Positions 9,537 through 18,837 of a stretch of DNA of 57,735 bases are shown one piece after another (the stretch's first letter is position 1; every line of letters starts with the position of its first letter). Position numbers and translations under genes: made by a program. The notes beneath the pieces are model-generated. The model was given only the letters and a program-made list of their open reading frames with translations. It ran no database searches and was not told where the DNA came from. The stretch lies in the NCBI GenBank assembly GCA_964250745.1, contig CAXUHL010000001.1:1-57735 (forward strand), read 5' to 3'. Source of the DNA: an uncultured Acidobacteriaceae bacterium (GTDB lineage Bacteria > Acidobacteriota > Terriglobia > Terriglobales > Acidobacteriaceae).

Positions 9537-11282
9537 ATGGAAAACCGACTGATCGCCGCGATGCTCGGGGAAACGGCCGACCTGCTCGAGATTTCCGCGG
9601 CCGACCCGTTCCGCATCCGCTCGTACCGCCGCGCGGCGGAGGCGGTGGAGGCGAGCACCGTGCAGCTGAGCACGCTCGCCGCCGAGCCGAAAAAGCTGCT
9701 CGCCATCCCCGGCATCGGCAAGGGCATGGCCGGCAACATCCAGGAGATCGAGAAAGCCGGCACGTTCCCCTTGCGGGAAGAGCTGCTGCTGCGCTACAAG
9801 CCTTCCATGCTGGAGCTGCTGAAGCTGCCCGGCATGGGCCCGAAATCCGTCGCGCTGTTCTGGGACGCGCTCCAGGTCGGGTCTGTGGAAGAGCTGGAGG
9901 CTGCTCTGGAGGACGGCCGGGCGGCGACCCTGCCGCGGTTCGGGCAGAAGGCGCTCGACAAGCTCAAGGCCGGCATCGCGGACTACAAGCGCAACTCCGG
10001 CCGCTTCCTCATCAGCACGGCCGAGAAAACGGCGGAGCAGCTCATCGCGTACCTGCGGGAGTTTCCCGGCATCAACCGGGTGGTGCCGGCCGGCTCCCTG
10101 CGGCGCGGGCGCGAAACCGTGGGCGACCTCGACATCCTGGCGACGGGCCCGGCTTGCGCCGAGGACAAAGTCGCTCCGGCGGTCGAGCACACCGCCGCCT
10201 GGCCGCTTGCCGGGACCATCTTGGCCAAGGGCGCGAACAAGGTTTCCTTCCGCATGCGATCGGGCTTGCAGGTGGACGTGCGCCTGCTGCCGGAGGGCTC
10301 GTTCGGCGCGGCGCTCCAATACTTTACCGGGTCCAAGACGCACAATGTTTCCGTCCGGCAGCGCGCCCTGCGCCGGGGCTACACGCTGAGCGAGTACGCG
10401 CTGGCCCGGGTCGAGGACGGCGCGTTCGTCGCCGGGGCGAGCGAGGAAGAGATCTATGCGGCGCTCGGCCTCGCGTGGATCCCGCCGGAGCTGCGCGAAA
10501 ACATGGGCGAGCTGGAGCTGGCCGAGGCGGGCACTTTGCCGAAGCTGATCGAGCTTGGCGACATCCGCGGTGACCTGCACATGCACACCGACGCGACCGA
10601 CGGCAAAAACACCATCCGCGAGATGGCCGAAGCCGCCCTCGCGCTCGGCTACGCCTACATCGCGATCACCGACCACTCGAAGAACCTGGCCATGACCAAC
10701 GGATTGAACGACGAGCGGGCGCTGGCCCACGCGGCGCGCGTCCGCGAGGTGGACGCAGCCATGGAGGGCCGGATTCACGTGCTCGCGGGCATCGAGGTCG
10801 ACATCCTGGCCGACGGCTCGCTGGACCTGGCGGACGAGACCCTGGCGCGGCTGGACATGGTGGTCGCGAGCACCCACTCCTACTTCAACCAGGAGTCTGA
10901 CGAGCTGACGGCGCGGCTTTTGCGCGCGGTCGAGAACCCCTACGTCCGCGTGATGGGCCACCTGACCGGGCGGCAGCTGCTGAAGCGCGAGCCGATGCGC
11001 TTCGACGTGACCGCCGTGCTGCGGCGCGCGGCGGAGGTGGGCTGCGCGGTCGAGCACAACGCGGCTTCCGAGCGGCTGGACCTCTCCGACAATCACCTGC
11101 GGCTGGCGCGCGAGCTCGGCTGCCGGATCGTCATCGACACGGACGCGCACGCCGCGACCAACCTTGGCAAGCTCGGCTACGGCATCCGGCAGCTGCGCCG
11201 GGCCGGGCTGCGCGCCGAGGATGTGCTGAACACGCGGCCCTACGACGCCTTCATGGCGGGGCTGCGGCCCCGCCCCAGCTGA
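9537..11282 (+). CDS. polX: DNA polymerase X / PHP 3'-5' exonuclease
   Basis: HhH IPGIGKG, GSLRRGRETVGDLDIL, QYFTGSK, PHP motifs DLHMHT, TDH, DTDAH. Confidence 0.95.
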   Translation: MENRLIAAMLGETADLLEISAADPFRIRSYRRAAEAVEASTVQLSTLAAEPKKLLAIPGIGKGMAGNIQEIEKAGTFPLREELLLRYKPSMLELLKLPGMGPKSVALFWDALQVGSVEELEAALEDGRAATLPRFGQKALDKLKAGIADYKRNSGRFLISTAEKTAEQLIAYLREFPGINRVVPAGSLRRGRETVGDLDILATGPACAEDKVAPAVEHTAAWPLAGTILAKGANKVSFRMRSGLQVDVRLLPEGSFGAALQYFTGSKTHNVSVRQRALRRGYTLSEYALARVEDGAFVAGASEEEIYAALGLAWIPPELRENMGELELAEAGTLPKLIELGDIRGDLHMHTDATDGKNTIREMAEAALALGYAYIAITDHSKNLAMTNGLNDERALAHAARVREVDAAMEGRIHVLAGIEVDILADGSLDLADETLARLDMVVASTHSYFNQESDELTARLLRAVENPYVRVMGHLTGRQLLKREPMRFDVTAVLRRAAEVGCAVEHNAASERLDLSDNHLRLARELGCRIVIDTDAHAATNLGKLGYGIRQLRRAGLRAEDVLNTRPYDAFMAGLRPRPS

Positions 11283-11293
11283 GAGGAATCCCA

Positions 11294-11881
11294 ATGCACC
11301 CTGTTGTCGCACCCTATGACCAAGGCCGCAGCCGCCGGACTTTCGCGCTGATCGCCGCGACCTGCTTCATGTTTTTCGCGATCTGGGCCTGGGTCTTTTT
11401 CGTGCAGAAGCCGCGTGTGGCCGACGGCAAGATCACCGCGATCACCGCGGTGCCGTTCCACTCCGAGTTCCGCCAGGCCGGCACCCCGGGCGACGGCGGC
11501 ACGGGGGGCGGCGTGCAGAGCTTCGACGAGGTGTACGTGTGGGTCGCGATGGACATGACCAACCTGACCCGCGACGTGCCCCTGTACGAAACCGGCCAGC
11601 GCGCCACCCTGACCCTGCCGACCGGGGAAGAAAAGTATGCCTACGCGGCGAGCCCGTCGGACGTCGCCAAGGTGCGCGCGCTGCCGAAGCCGCGGCAGGT
11701 GGAGGGCGCTCTGCTGCCCCGCGAGCTGACTCTGAGGCCGGAAGCGAGCGCGCGCGGGCTGGCCTTGTTCGCCTTCCCGGTCACGCAGAAGGTTTGGGAC
11801 ACGCGCCGGGAGTTTTCCGTCAACATCGCGTTCCAATGGCAAAGGGACCTGGCCCTGCGTGAGATCCGGCTGAACCGGTGA
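11294..11881 (+). CDS. Hypothetical membrane-anchored protein
   Basis: RBS GAGG; single N-terminal TM then beta-rich domain; stop overlaps next start (GTGA). Confidence 0.75.
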   Translation: MHPVVAPYDQGRSRRTFALIAATCFMFFAIWAWVFFVQKPRVADGKITAITAVPFHSEFRQAGTPGDGGTGGGVQSFDEVYVWVAMDMTNLTRDVPLYETGQRATLTLPTGEEKYAYAASPSDVAKVRALPKPRQVEGALLPRELTLRPEASARGLALFAFPVTQKVWDTRREFSVNIAFQWQRDLALREIRLNR

Positions 11882-12888
11882 GCGGGCGCGTTGCGGTCGT
11901 CGGCGCGGGGATCGTGGGGCTGGCGGCCGCGTTGGATCTAGCCGAGGCGGGCTTCGCGGTGACCGTACTGGAACGGGGCCGGTCGATGGAGGAGGCTTCC
12001 TGGGCCGCGGCCGGAATGCTGGCGGTCGAGGATCCGGAAAACCCTCCGGCGCTGCGAGCCTTCGCACGCTGGAGCCGGACCCTGTATCCGTCGTTTCTGC
12101 AACGGGTCGAGCGGCTGAGCGGCCTGCACGTCCCTTTGCGGACGGCGCGCACGCTCCAGGGCACTCTGGGCGGCGAGGGCCGGACGGCGCTGCCCGGCTT
12201 GCGGACGGATCGGTACGGTTTCGCGGAGCTTGAAGAAGGGAGCCTGGACCCGCGCGACCTGTGCGCGGCCCTGCCCCGGGCGGCGCGGGCGGCGGGCGTC
12301 GAGCTGCAAGAGGGCGCCGCTGTCGCCGGACTGGCGGGAGGATTTGAGCTGGAAAGCGGCGCGCGGGTCGAGGCGGAGCACATCGTGCTGACGGGCGGTG
12401 CGTGGACGGGGCTGGTGAGCTTGCCGGGCGGCTCGCGTGTGCCGGTGGTCCCGCGCAAAGGGCAGATGATCGAGGTGACGCTCGAAGGGCCCGCGCTGCC
12501 CGCGGTAGTGCGCACCCCGGAGCTGTACCTGGTGCCGCGCGGGGACGGCCGCGTCGCGGTGGGGGCGACGGTGGAAGATGCGGGCTTCGATCGCGCGGTG
12601 GACGAGGATGCGGGCGACCGCCTGTGGCGGGCGGCCGGGGAGCTGTGGCCGCCGATCCTCGAGGGGCGCATCACCGCGCGCTGGACGGGGCTCCGTCCGG
12701 GCAGCGCCGATTCCCTGCCGGCAATCGGCGCGCTGGGGCCGGGTTTGTGGGTCGCGGCGGGGCACTTCCGCAACGGCATCCTGCTGGCACCGGGAACGGC
12801 GCGGGCGCTCCGCTGCCTGTTGCGCGGCGAGCCGCTGCCCGTGCCGCTCGACGCCTTCCGGCCCCAGCGGCTCGCGTCCGCGCCGTAG
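11878..12888 (+). CDS. FAD-dependent oxidoreductase, glycine oxidase ThiO/DAO family
   Basis: VVGAGIVG, ASWAAAGML, PRKGQ, WTGLRP, GHFRNGILLAPGT. Confidence 0.85.
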   Translation: MSGRVAVVGAGIVGLAAALDLAEAGFAVTVLERGRSMEEASWAAAGMLAVEDPENPPALRAFARWSRTLYPSFLQRVERLSGLHVPLRTARTLQGTLGGEGRTALPGLRTDRYGFAELEEGSLDPRDLCAALPRAARAAGVELQEGAAVAGLAGGFELESGARVEAEHIVLTGGAWTGLVSLPGGSRVPVVPRKGQMIEVTLEGPALPAVVRTPELYLVPRGDGRVAVGATVEDAGFDRAVDEDAGDRLWRAAGELWPPILEGRITARWTGLRPGSADSLPAIGALGPGLWVAAGHFRNGILLAPGTARALRCLLRGEPLPVPLDAFRPQRLASAP

Positions 12889-12953
12889 AGGTTTGGCCTG
12901 CAATGGACCGTTGTCCCGATTTGGGAATCGCCGCCGAACAAAATCATCGCGCC

Positions 12954-12983
12954 GTGACAAGCGTTTCCGCGCTGGGCTATAAC
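12954..12983 (+). promoter_or_regulatory. Candidate sigma70 promoter of citrate synthase
   Basis: GTGACA-N18-TATAAC. Confidence 0.45.
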
Positions 12984-13036
12984 GTAGAGCTTGCAGAAAA
13001 TCGATGCGGCTCGCGACCGGCGGGCGAGGGGTGAGG

Positions 13037-14170
13037 ATGGCGACAGCGGCAGCGGCGAAGGGCCTGGCGGACGTGATCGCGGGCGAGTCTCAGATTTGCT
13101 GGATCAAGGGCGATGCGGGGGAGCTCGGCTACCGCGGCATCGACATCCATGAACTCGCGGAGCGGTCCACCTTCGAGGAAACCACCTACCTTCTGTGGCA
13201 CGGCAAGCTGCCGAGCGCCGGCGAACTCGAGTCGTTTTCACGCGAGCTGGCCGAGGCGCGCGAGCTGCCCGCGCCGGTCGTCGCGATGATGCAAGCCTTC
13301 CCGAAAACGGCGACGCCGATGGAGGTGCTGCGCACCGCGGTTTCGGCGCTTTCCGCCTACGACCCGAAAGAGAAAGCGGTGGACGCGGCGAGCAACTTGC
13401 GCAAGGCTTTCGCGCTGACCGCGCAGGTGCCGATGATCGTGGCGGCCTGGGACCGTATCCGCAATGGCAAGGAGCCTGTCCCGGCGGACAAGTCCCTGAC
13501 CCACGCGGGCAACTTTTTGTGGATGCTGCGCGGCGAAAAGCCGTCCGAGACGGCGACCAGGACCATGGATGTGGCCCTGGTTCTGCACGCGGACCACGAA
13601 CTGAACGCCTCGACCTTTGCCGCGCGGGTCATCGCGGCGACGCTGGCTGACATGCACTCGGCCATCACCGGCGCGATCGGCGCGCTCAAGGGACCCCTGC
13701 ACGGCGGCGCGAACGAAGAGGTCATGCACATGCTTTTCGCGATCGACAAAGCCGGCGCGGACCCGGTCGAGCACGTGCGCGGCATGCTTGCCGAGAAAAA
13801 GAAAGTCTCCGGATTCGGCCACCGCGTGTACACCACCGAGGACCCGCGCGCGACGCATCTGCGGCGCATGTCGGAGCAGCTGGGTCGGGCCGACGGCAAT
13901 CCCAAGTGGTTCGAAATGTCGCGCGCGATCGAGCTGTTCATCAAGAACGAGAAAAAGCTGAACGCGAACGTGGACTTCTACTCGGCCTCGACCTACACCA
14001 CGCTCGGCATTTCGCTGGACCTGTTCACGCCGATCTTCGCGGTGAGCCGGGTCGCCGGCTGGGCGGCGCACGTGCTTGAGCAGCTGGCGGACAACCGTCT
14101 GATTCGCCCTCGCGCGGACTATACGGGGCCGGAGTACCCGGCACCGTATGTTCCGGTCGAGCAGCGCTGA
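13037..14170 (+). CDS. Citrate synthase (or 2-methylcitrate synthase), short type
   Basis: LGYRG, HADHELNASTF, GPLHGGANE, GFGHRVY, ANVDFYS. Confidence 0.93.
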   Translation: MATAAAAKGLADVIAGESQICWIKGDAGELGYRGIDIHELAERSTFEETTYLLWHGKLPSAGELESFSRELAEARELPAPVVAMMQAFPKTATPMEVLRTAVSALSAYDPKEKAVDAASNLRKAFALTAQVPMIVAAWDRIRNGKEPVPADKSLTHAGNFLWMLRGEKPSETATRTMDVALVLHADHELNASTFAARVIAATLADMHSAITGAIGALKGPLHGGANEEVMHMLFAIDKAGADPVEHVRGMLAEKKKVSGFGHRVYTTEDPRATHLRRMSEQLGRADGNPKWFEMSRAIELFIKNEKKLNANVDFYSASTYTTLGISLDLFTPIFAVSRVAGWAAHVLEQLADNRLIRPRADYTGPEYPAPYVPVEQR

Positions 14171-14240
14171 ACCGAGATTGCCGGGTGCGGTGCGGGGGTC
14201 CTGAGAGGGTCTGCGAAGTCAGCCCGGCAGCACATACAGG

Positions 14241-14309
14241 GTCATCCTGAGCGCAGCGAAGGATCTGCTTTCCCGCACCGCGCGGGAAAGCAGATCCTTC
14301 GTCGCTCCG
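14241..14309. repeat. REP-like palindrome (GTCATCCTGAG...GAAGGATC type), copy A
   Basis: GTCATCCTGAGCGCAG then perfect 20-bp stem 14257-14276 / 14282-14301; lies between convergent genes. Confidence 0.85.
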
Positions 14310-14368
14310 ACCCCCAGGAGAGCCCAGGGGGTGAAGGTGCAGGCAGCAAGCCCTCCACCCTTTCGCGG

Positions 14369-14920
14369 TTATTTCCGGCTCGCCGGCGGCACGATCCCGT
14401 TCATGCGCAGGTACTCCACCATCTGCCCGTAGTGGTCCTGGGGGTGCGCCACTCCCTCGGCGGCGTTGCCGGCTCGGGTGTTGCCCTTGGCATCCAGCGC
14501 GACGAATGCATTTTGCGGCGTGATGGTCGCAATCGCCGCATGGGCGTACGTGAAAGACTCCTTGAGCGCGGCGAGGATTTGATCGCGGCCGGACAGCTTC
14601 TCGATTTCGTCGCGGCTTTTCGCGCCGGGCAGGTTGAAGGCGCGAAAGATCGCGTAGTTACCCTCAATTACGTGCTTGATCTCTGCCGAAAACGTGCGCA
14701 CGCCGTCAAATTGGCCGGCGCTTGCGGGCGGAGCGAAGTTGAACTTGTCCGCCGGCATCGCCTCGGCCGCGCCGACGAACTCCCGCTCCTCGCTCGCGAG
14801 CATGCCATTGAAGATTTCAGCCGGGGCAACGGCCTGGCCCGGTTTTGTATCGGCGGCCGCGCCGGGCAGGGCCGAAGCCGCGAGTACGGCGAAAAGGTGC
14901 AGAGCGGGACGAAATCGCAT
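14369..14920 (-). CDS. Secreted DinB/YfiT-superfamily protein
   Basis: Signal peptide; AEAMPADKFNFAP, RTF..EIKHV, HPQDHYGQMVEYLRMNGIVPP. Confidence 0.88.
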   Translation of the reverse strand: MRFRPALHLFAVLAASALPGAAADTKPGQAVAPAEIFNGMLASEEREFVGAAEAMPADKFNFAPPASAGQFDGVRTFSAEIKHVIEGNYAIFRAFNLPGAKSRDEIEKLSGRDQILAALKESFTYAHAAIATITPQNAFVALDAKGNTRAGNAAEGVAHPQDHYGQMVEYLRMNGIVPPASRK

Positions 14921-14982
14921 GGTTTCTCCTGAAAACGAGCGGCCCCAGACTAGCAGACGCCGGGCGTAAGCTTGAAGAAGCG

Positions 14983-16170
14983 ATGCAACGCATTTACATG
15001 GACGCGAACGCGACCACGCCCCTCGATCCCGAGGTGTTCGAAGCGATGCACCCGTGGTTGACCGGCGCGTTCGGCAACGCGTCCTCGATCCACCACTACG
15101 GGCAGCAAGCGCGCATGGCGGTGGAAACGGCGCGCGAGCAGGTCGCGGAGGCGCTCGGCGTTCGCGCCGCGGAGATCGTCTTCACCAGCGGCGCGACGGA
15201 AAGCGACAACCTGGCGCTGTTCGGAGTCATAGGCAAGGCGCTGGACGAGGGCAAGCCGGCGCACCTGATCACGACAGCGATCGAGCACCATGCGGTGCTG
15301 CACGCGGCCGAAGCCCTGGCGGCGCGCGGGGCCGAAGTCACCTACCTGCCGGTCAACGGCGAGGGCGTGGTCGACCCGGACGATGTCCGCCGGGCGCTGC
15401 GTCCGGAAACGCGCCTAATCAGCGTGATGCTGGCCAACAACGAGACCGGCGCGCTGCAGCCGGTCGAGGCGATCGGGCGCATCGCCGCCGAGGCCGGCAT
15501 CCTCGTGCACACGGATGCGGTGCAGGCGGCCGGCAAGCTGCCTCTCGCACCGAAGGCGCTCGGCGTGCAGCTGCTGAGCCTGTCCGGGCACAAGCTGCAC
15601 GGACCGCAGGGCGTAGGCGCTTTGTGGGTCCGGCGCGGCGTACAGTTGCAGCCCTTGTTCTACGGCGGTGCGCACGAACGGCAGCGGCGCGCCGGAACGG
15701 AAAACCTGCCCGGCATCGTGGGCCTGGGGGCGGCGATGCGCCGGGGTGTGGAGGCTGTCGCGGACGGGACTGCTGAGCGCATCGCGGCCCTGCGGGATCG
15801 CCTGGAAGCCGGGCTGCTCGCGAGCGTGGACGAGTGCGGCGTGAACGGGCCGACGGCCCCCGGCTCGCGTCTGCCGAACACGGCCAATCTCTGGTTCGAT
15901 CACCTGGAAGGCGAAGCGCTGGTAATCGCGCTCGACCTGAAGGGCCTGGCGCTTTCGGGCGGTTCGGCCTGTGCCTCGGGCGCGACCGAGCCCTCGCACG
16001 TACTTACCGCGATGGGGCTCAGCGCGCACCGGGCGCGGGCGAGCCTGCGCTTTTCGCTGAGCCGGATGACGACCGAAGACGAGGTAGACCGCGCGCTCGA
16101 GCTCGTGCCGGCGGCCGTGGCGCGCTTGCGCGAGCTGAGCCCGGTGTACGAAGCAGCCGCGCGCGCCTGA
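14983..16170 (+). CDS. iscS: Cysteine desulfurase (IscS/NifS group I)
   Basis: YMDANATTP, GNASSIH, FTSGATE, HTDAVQ, SGHKLHGP, SGGSAC. Confidence 0.92.
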   Translation: MQRIYMDANATTPLDPEVFEAMHPWLTGAFGNASSIHHYGQQARMAVETAREQVAEALGVRAAEIVFTSGATESDNLALFGVIGKALDEGKPAHLITTAIEHHAVLHAAEALAARGAEVTYLPVNGEGVVDPDDVRRALRPETRLISVMLANNETGALQPVEAIGRIAAEAGILVHTDAVQAAGKLPLAPKALGVQLLSLSGHKLHGPQGVGALWVRRGVQLQPLFYGGAHERQRRAGTENLPGIVGLGAAMRRGVEAVADGTAERIAALRDRLEAGLLASVDECGVNGPTAPGSRLPNTANLWFDHLEGEALVIALDLKGLALSGGSACASGATEPSHVLTAMGLSAHRARASLRFSLSRMTTEDEVDRALELVPAAVARLRELSPVYEAAARA

Positions 16171-16255
16171 GCGGCTGCCGTGGACGTGGCTTTTCCGGCG
16201 CGAATTGTTCCCTCGATATACTCTCCGCGCTTCACAGCACCGGGAACCCTGCTTC
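16150..16255. repeat. Degenerate MITE-like element, copy 3, overlapping the iscS 3' end
   Basis: Core GGACGTGGCTTTTCC at 16182-16196; right end CGGGAACCCTGCTTC; GAAGCAG/CTGCTTC inverted ends. Confidence 0.45.
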
Positions 16256-16284
16256 GATCGCTTCTCAACCGCGAGCCGGCATAG

Positions 16285-18837
16285 TCAGCCGGCTGCCGGG
16301 CGCGGCCGCCGGGGCGTTGGGGGTCCGGGCGGCGCGCGCGCCGAGCACGGGCAGGATCGCCCACCCCCCGGCATCGGCCCCCGGCGGCCGGGCGCGGCCG
16401 CCGGGCGGTTCGGGCGCCGGGCGGCGCGCGCGACGAGAACGTGCAGGATCGCAAAGCTGGCCAGCGCAAGCGCCCCGTCGCTGAGCAGGCTGGCCGCGGC
16501 TGCCCCGCGCCAACCCCAGCGTGGAATCAGGACGAGGTTGAGCAGGACATTCGCGACCGCCACTCCGGCCTGCGCGCCGGTGCGCCACCATTGGCTGGCG
16601 GACGCGGTAATGGCGGTTCCCCAGGCATAGTGCAGCCCGCGCAGCAGCGGCAGCAGGCATAGGAAGCGGAGTGCTTCGGTCGAGCGCGCAAAAGAGGGCC
16701 CGAAGACCATGGGCAGCAGCGGCGCGGCGAAAAACAGCAACGGCGCGGCCAGAAGGCCGAACGGAACCGTCCAGCGCAGGAGCGACCGGGCCCCCTGCGC
16801 GGCGCGCGGAGGGCCGCCCTGGGCCCCCTCCTGGAACAAACGAGGCGAGGCTGCGGCAAACAAGCTGACGATCGGCGTCGACAGCACATCGACCACCCGG
16901 TAGGCAGCCCCATAGATGCCGGCCTGGACGGCAAGCCCCGCCGAAAGCAGCATGGACTTGTCGATGTCGTTGTAAACGGTGATGGCGGAGCTCGAAAAGG
17001 AGAACGAAAGCCCTTCGAGCAGGTCCGCGCGCCGCAACGGGCTCCAGCGCGGTAGCCCGAGCTTTGCCGTCACGACCGACGCAGCCGTGACCGCGACCAC
17101 ACATGACGCCGCGCAGTAAAGGTGCGCCCACTGGAGCACGGTGGCGTGCGCAGCATGATTGACTCGAACCAGCAGCAGGGCCGCGGCAACCGTGCGGACA
17201 GCGTTGGTGAGAGCGAGCAGACGGGCGCTCCAACGCGTGTGCCCCGCGCCCTGCAAGGCCCGGCTGCCGAGCTGGGTCAGCTTGCCGAAGAGTGCGTCGG
17301 AAACGGCGAGAAACGGCAGCAGCACCTGCAGGGCTGGCGGAAGCAGGAAATGCCCATACAGGAAGAGCGAGGGCAGCAGCAGCAGGAAACCCAGACCGGA
17401 GACGAGCAGAGCCCGGCCCCAGATCGCCGGAAACGTGGATCGGTCGCGTGCGACCGAGCGCAGCAGGACCATCTCCATGCCCAGCGAGGAAAACTGAGCC
17501 AGTACCCCCACCAACGCAGCCGCGCCGACGAACGCGCCGTACTCGGCCGCGCCCAGGATACGTCCGATCAGAAGAAAGTACACAGCCTGGAAAACGAGAG
17601 CCAGGCCATTGCCGGAGAACAGCCAGAGTGCCTGCTTCCATAGGCGTTCGCGGGTGGGCTGCTCTGTTTGCGCGCGCGCGGCCAGGGGCGCGGCTTGCCT
17701 GAGCGGGGCCGGCACGACCGGGCACCGGCTTTCCGCGGCTTCCTCGTACGCGTCCTCGAGCCGGGCGGTTTGCGTTGCGAGCGAGAACGCGGTTTCGACG
17801 CGCGCACGGCCCGCCTCACGCAGAGAGTGCGCCATCCGATCGTCCGTGCAAAGCAGCAGGAGGTTGCGGGCGAGCGCTTCCGCGTCGTCCTCGGGGGAAA
17901 GCAGGCCGTGCTCGCCGTCGCGGATGAGCTCGGGGATCCCGGAGTGGAAGGTGCTCGCGACCGGCAAGCCCAGCGCAAGGGCCTCGCACAATACGGTGGG
18001 CATGCCCTCGGCATCGCCGTCGGGCGCGGTGAGCGAGGGCGCGGCCAGGCAGCGCGCCGACTGCATGAGGGCACGGACCTGCGCCGAAGTTTGCGCGCCG
18101 AGGAAAGTGGTTCCGCGGGTTTGGAGGGCGGCGTAGGCGCTCAACGCGGCGCGCTCGGGCCCATCGCCCGCGACGATCAGGCGCGCCTCGGGCAGCGTTC
18201 GCTGGAGAATCGCGACCGCGCGAAGAAGGGTGTGGCAGCCCTTCTTCGGGACGAGCCGGCCCACGAAGAGGATCTCCCGCGTGGCGGGGAGCGCGGGTGT
18301 CTTCGCGAGTGCCTGGACATCGATGCCGATGGGCAGGGTGCGGAGCTTGTTTGCCGGGTAGCCGGACTGGAGGGCGCGGCGGCGGATCGCATCGGACACG
18401 CACAGGAACACTTTGGCTTCGCGCCATAGCCGCTGCCGCCGCTCCAGGAACAGCCTGCCGCGCGGGTGCTTGCGGTGGGCTTGGTCGCCGGCCATCACAT
18501 CGTAGCCGTGCAGGGTGACTAGCAGGGGCAGGCCGAGGCGTTCGGCGAGGGGGAGCGCTTCAGCTCCGTCGAGGGCGAAATGCGCGTGAAGAAGCGCCGG
18601 CCTGTGCGCGCGCACGGCGGAAACTAGCCTTGGGGCGTAGCCGGTTTTGCGGAAAAGGAGACGCTCCGGCGCGGTCAGCGGGGCTTCGGTCGGGGAGGGG
18701 AGCGGCAGCGACGGCGCGACCCGTCGAGCGCCGCAGAAAACGGCTTGATGGCGGCGCAGGGCAGCTGCCTGCGCGGCTATGAAAGTCTCCGACAAAGGGA
18801 GCAGCTCGCTTCGGTAGATCAGCACGGACGGTTTCAC
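16285..18837 (-). CDS. Fused GT4 glycosyltransferase (N-term) and Wzx-type polysaccharide flippase (C-term)
   Basis: LSETFI, LHAHF, TLHGYD, FVGRLVPKKG, EGMPTVLCEA, then in frame ILGAAEYGAF, YNDIDKSML, GIYGAAYR, NVLLNLVLIPRWGWRGAA; GTG 18837 overlaps upstream TGA. Confidence 0.85.
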   Translation of the reverse strand: MKPSVLIYRSELLPLSETFIAAQAAALRRHQAVFCGARRVAPSLPLPSPTEAPLTAPERLLFRKTGYAPRLVSAVRAHRPALLHAHFALDGAEALPLAERLGLPLLVTLHGYDVMAGDQAHRKHPRGRLFLERRQRLWREAKVFLCVSDAIRRRALQSGYPANKLRTLPIGIDVQALAKTPALPATREILFVGRLVPKKGCHTLLRAVAILQRTLPEARLIVAGDGPERAALSAYAALQTRGTTFLGAQTSAQVRALMQSARCLAAPSLTAPDGDAEGMPTVLCEALALGLPVASTFHSGIPELIRDGEHGLLSPEDDAEALARNLLLLCTDDRMAHSLREAGRARVETAFSLATQTARLEDAYEEAAESRCPVVPAPLRQAAPLAARAQTEQPTRERLWKQALWLFSGNGLALVFQAVYFLLIGRILGAAEYGAFVGAAALVGVLAQFSSLGMEMVLLRSVARDRSTFPAIWGRALLVSGLGFLLLLPSLFLYGHFLLPPALQVLLPFLAVSDALFGKLTQLGSRALQGAGHTRWSARLLALTNAVRTVAAALLLVRVNHAAHATVLQWAHLYCAASCVVAVTAASVVTAKLGLPRWSPLRRADLLEGLSFSFSSSAITVYNDIDKSMLLSAGLAVQAGIYGAAYRVVDVLSTPIVSLFAAASPRLFQEGAQGGPPRAAQGARSLLRWTVPFGLLAAPLLFFAAPLLPMVFGPSFARSTEALRFLCLLPLLRGLHYAWGTAITASASQWWRTGAQAGVAVANVLLNLVLIPRWGWRGAAAASLLSDGALALASFAILHVLVARAARRPNRPAAAPGRRGPMPGGGRSCPCSARAPPGPPTPRRPRPAAG

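Noticed and set aside
11878-12888. Gene symbol thiO
   Set aside because: Family match is good, but no thiS/thiG context or TPP riboswitch was seen, so the symbol is withheld
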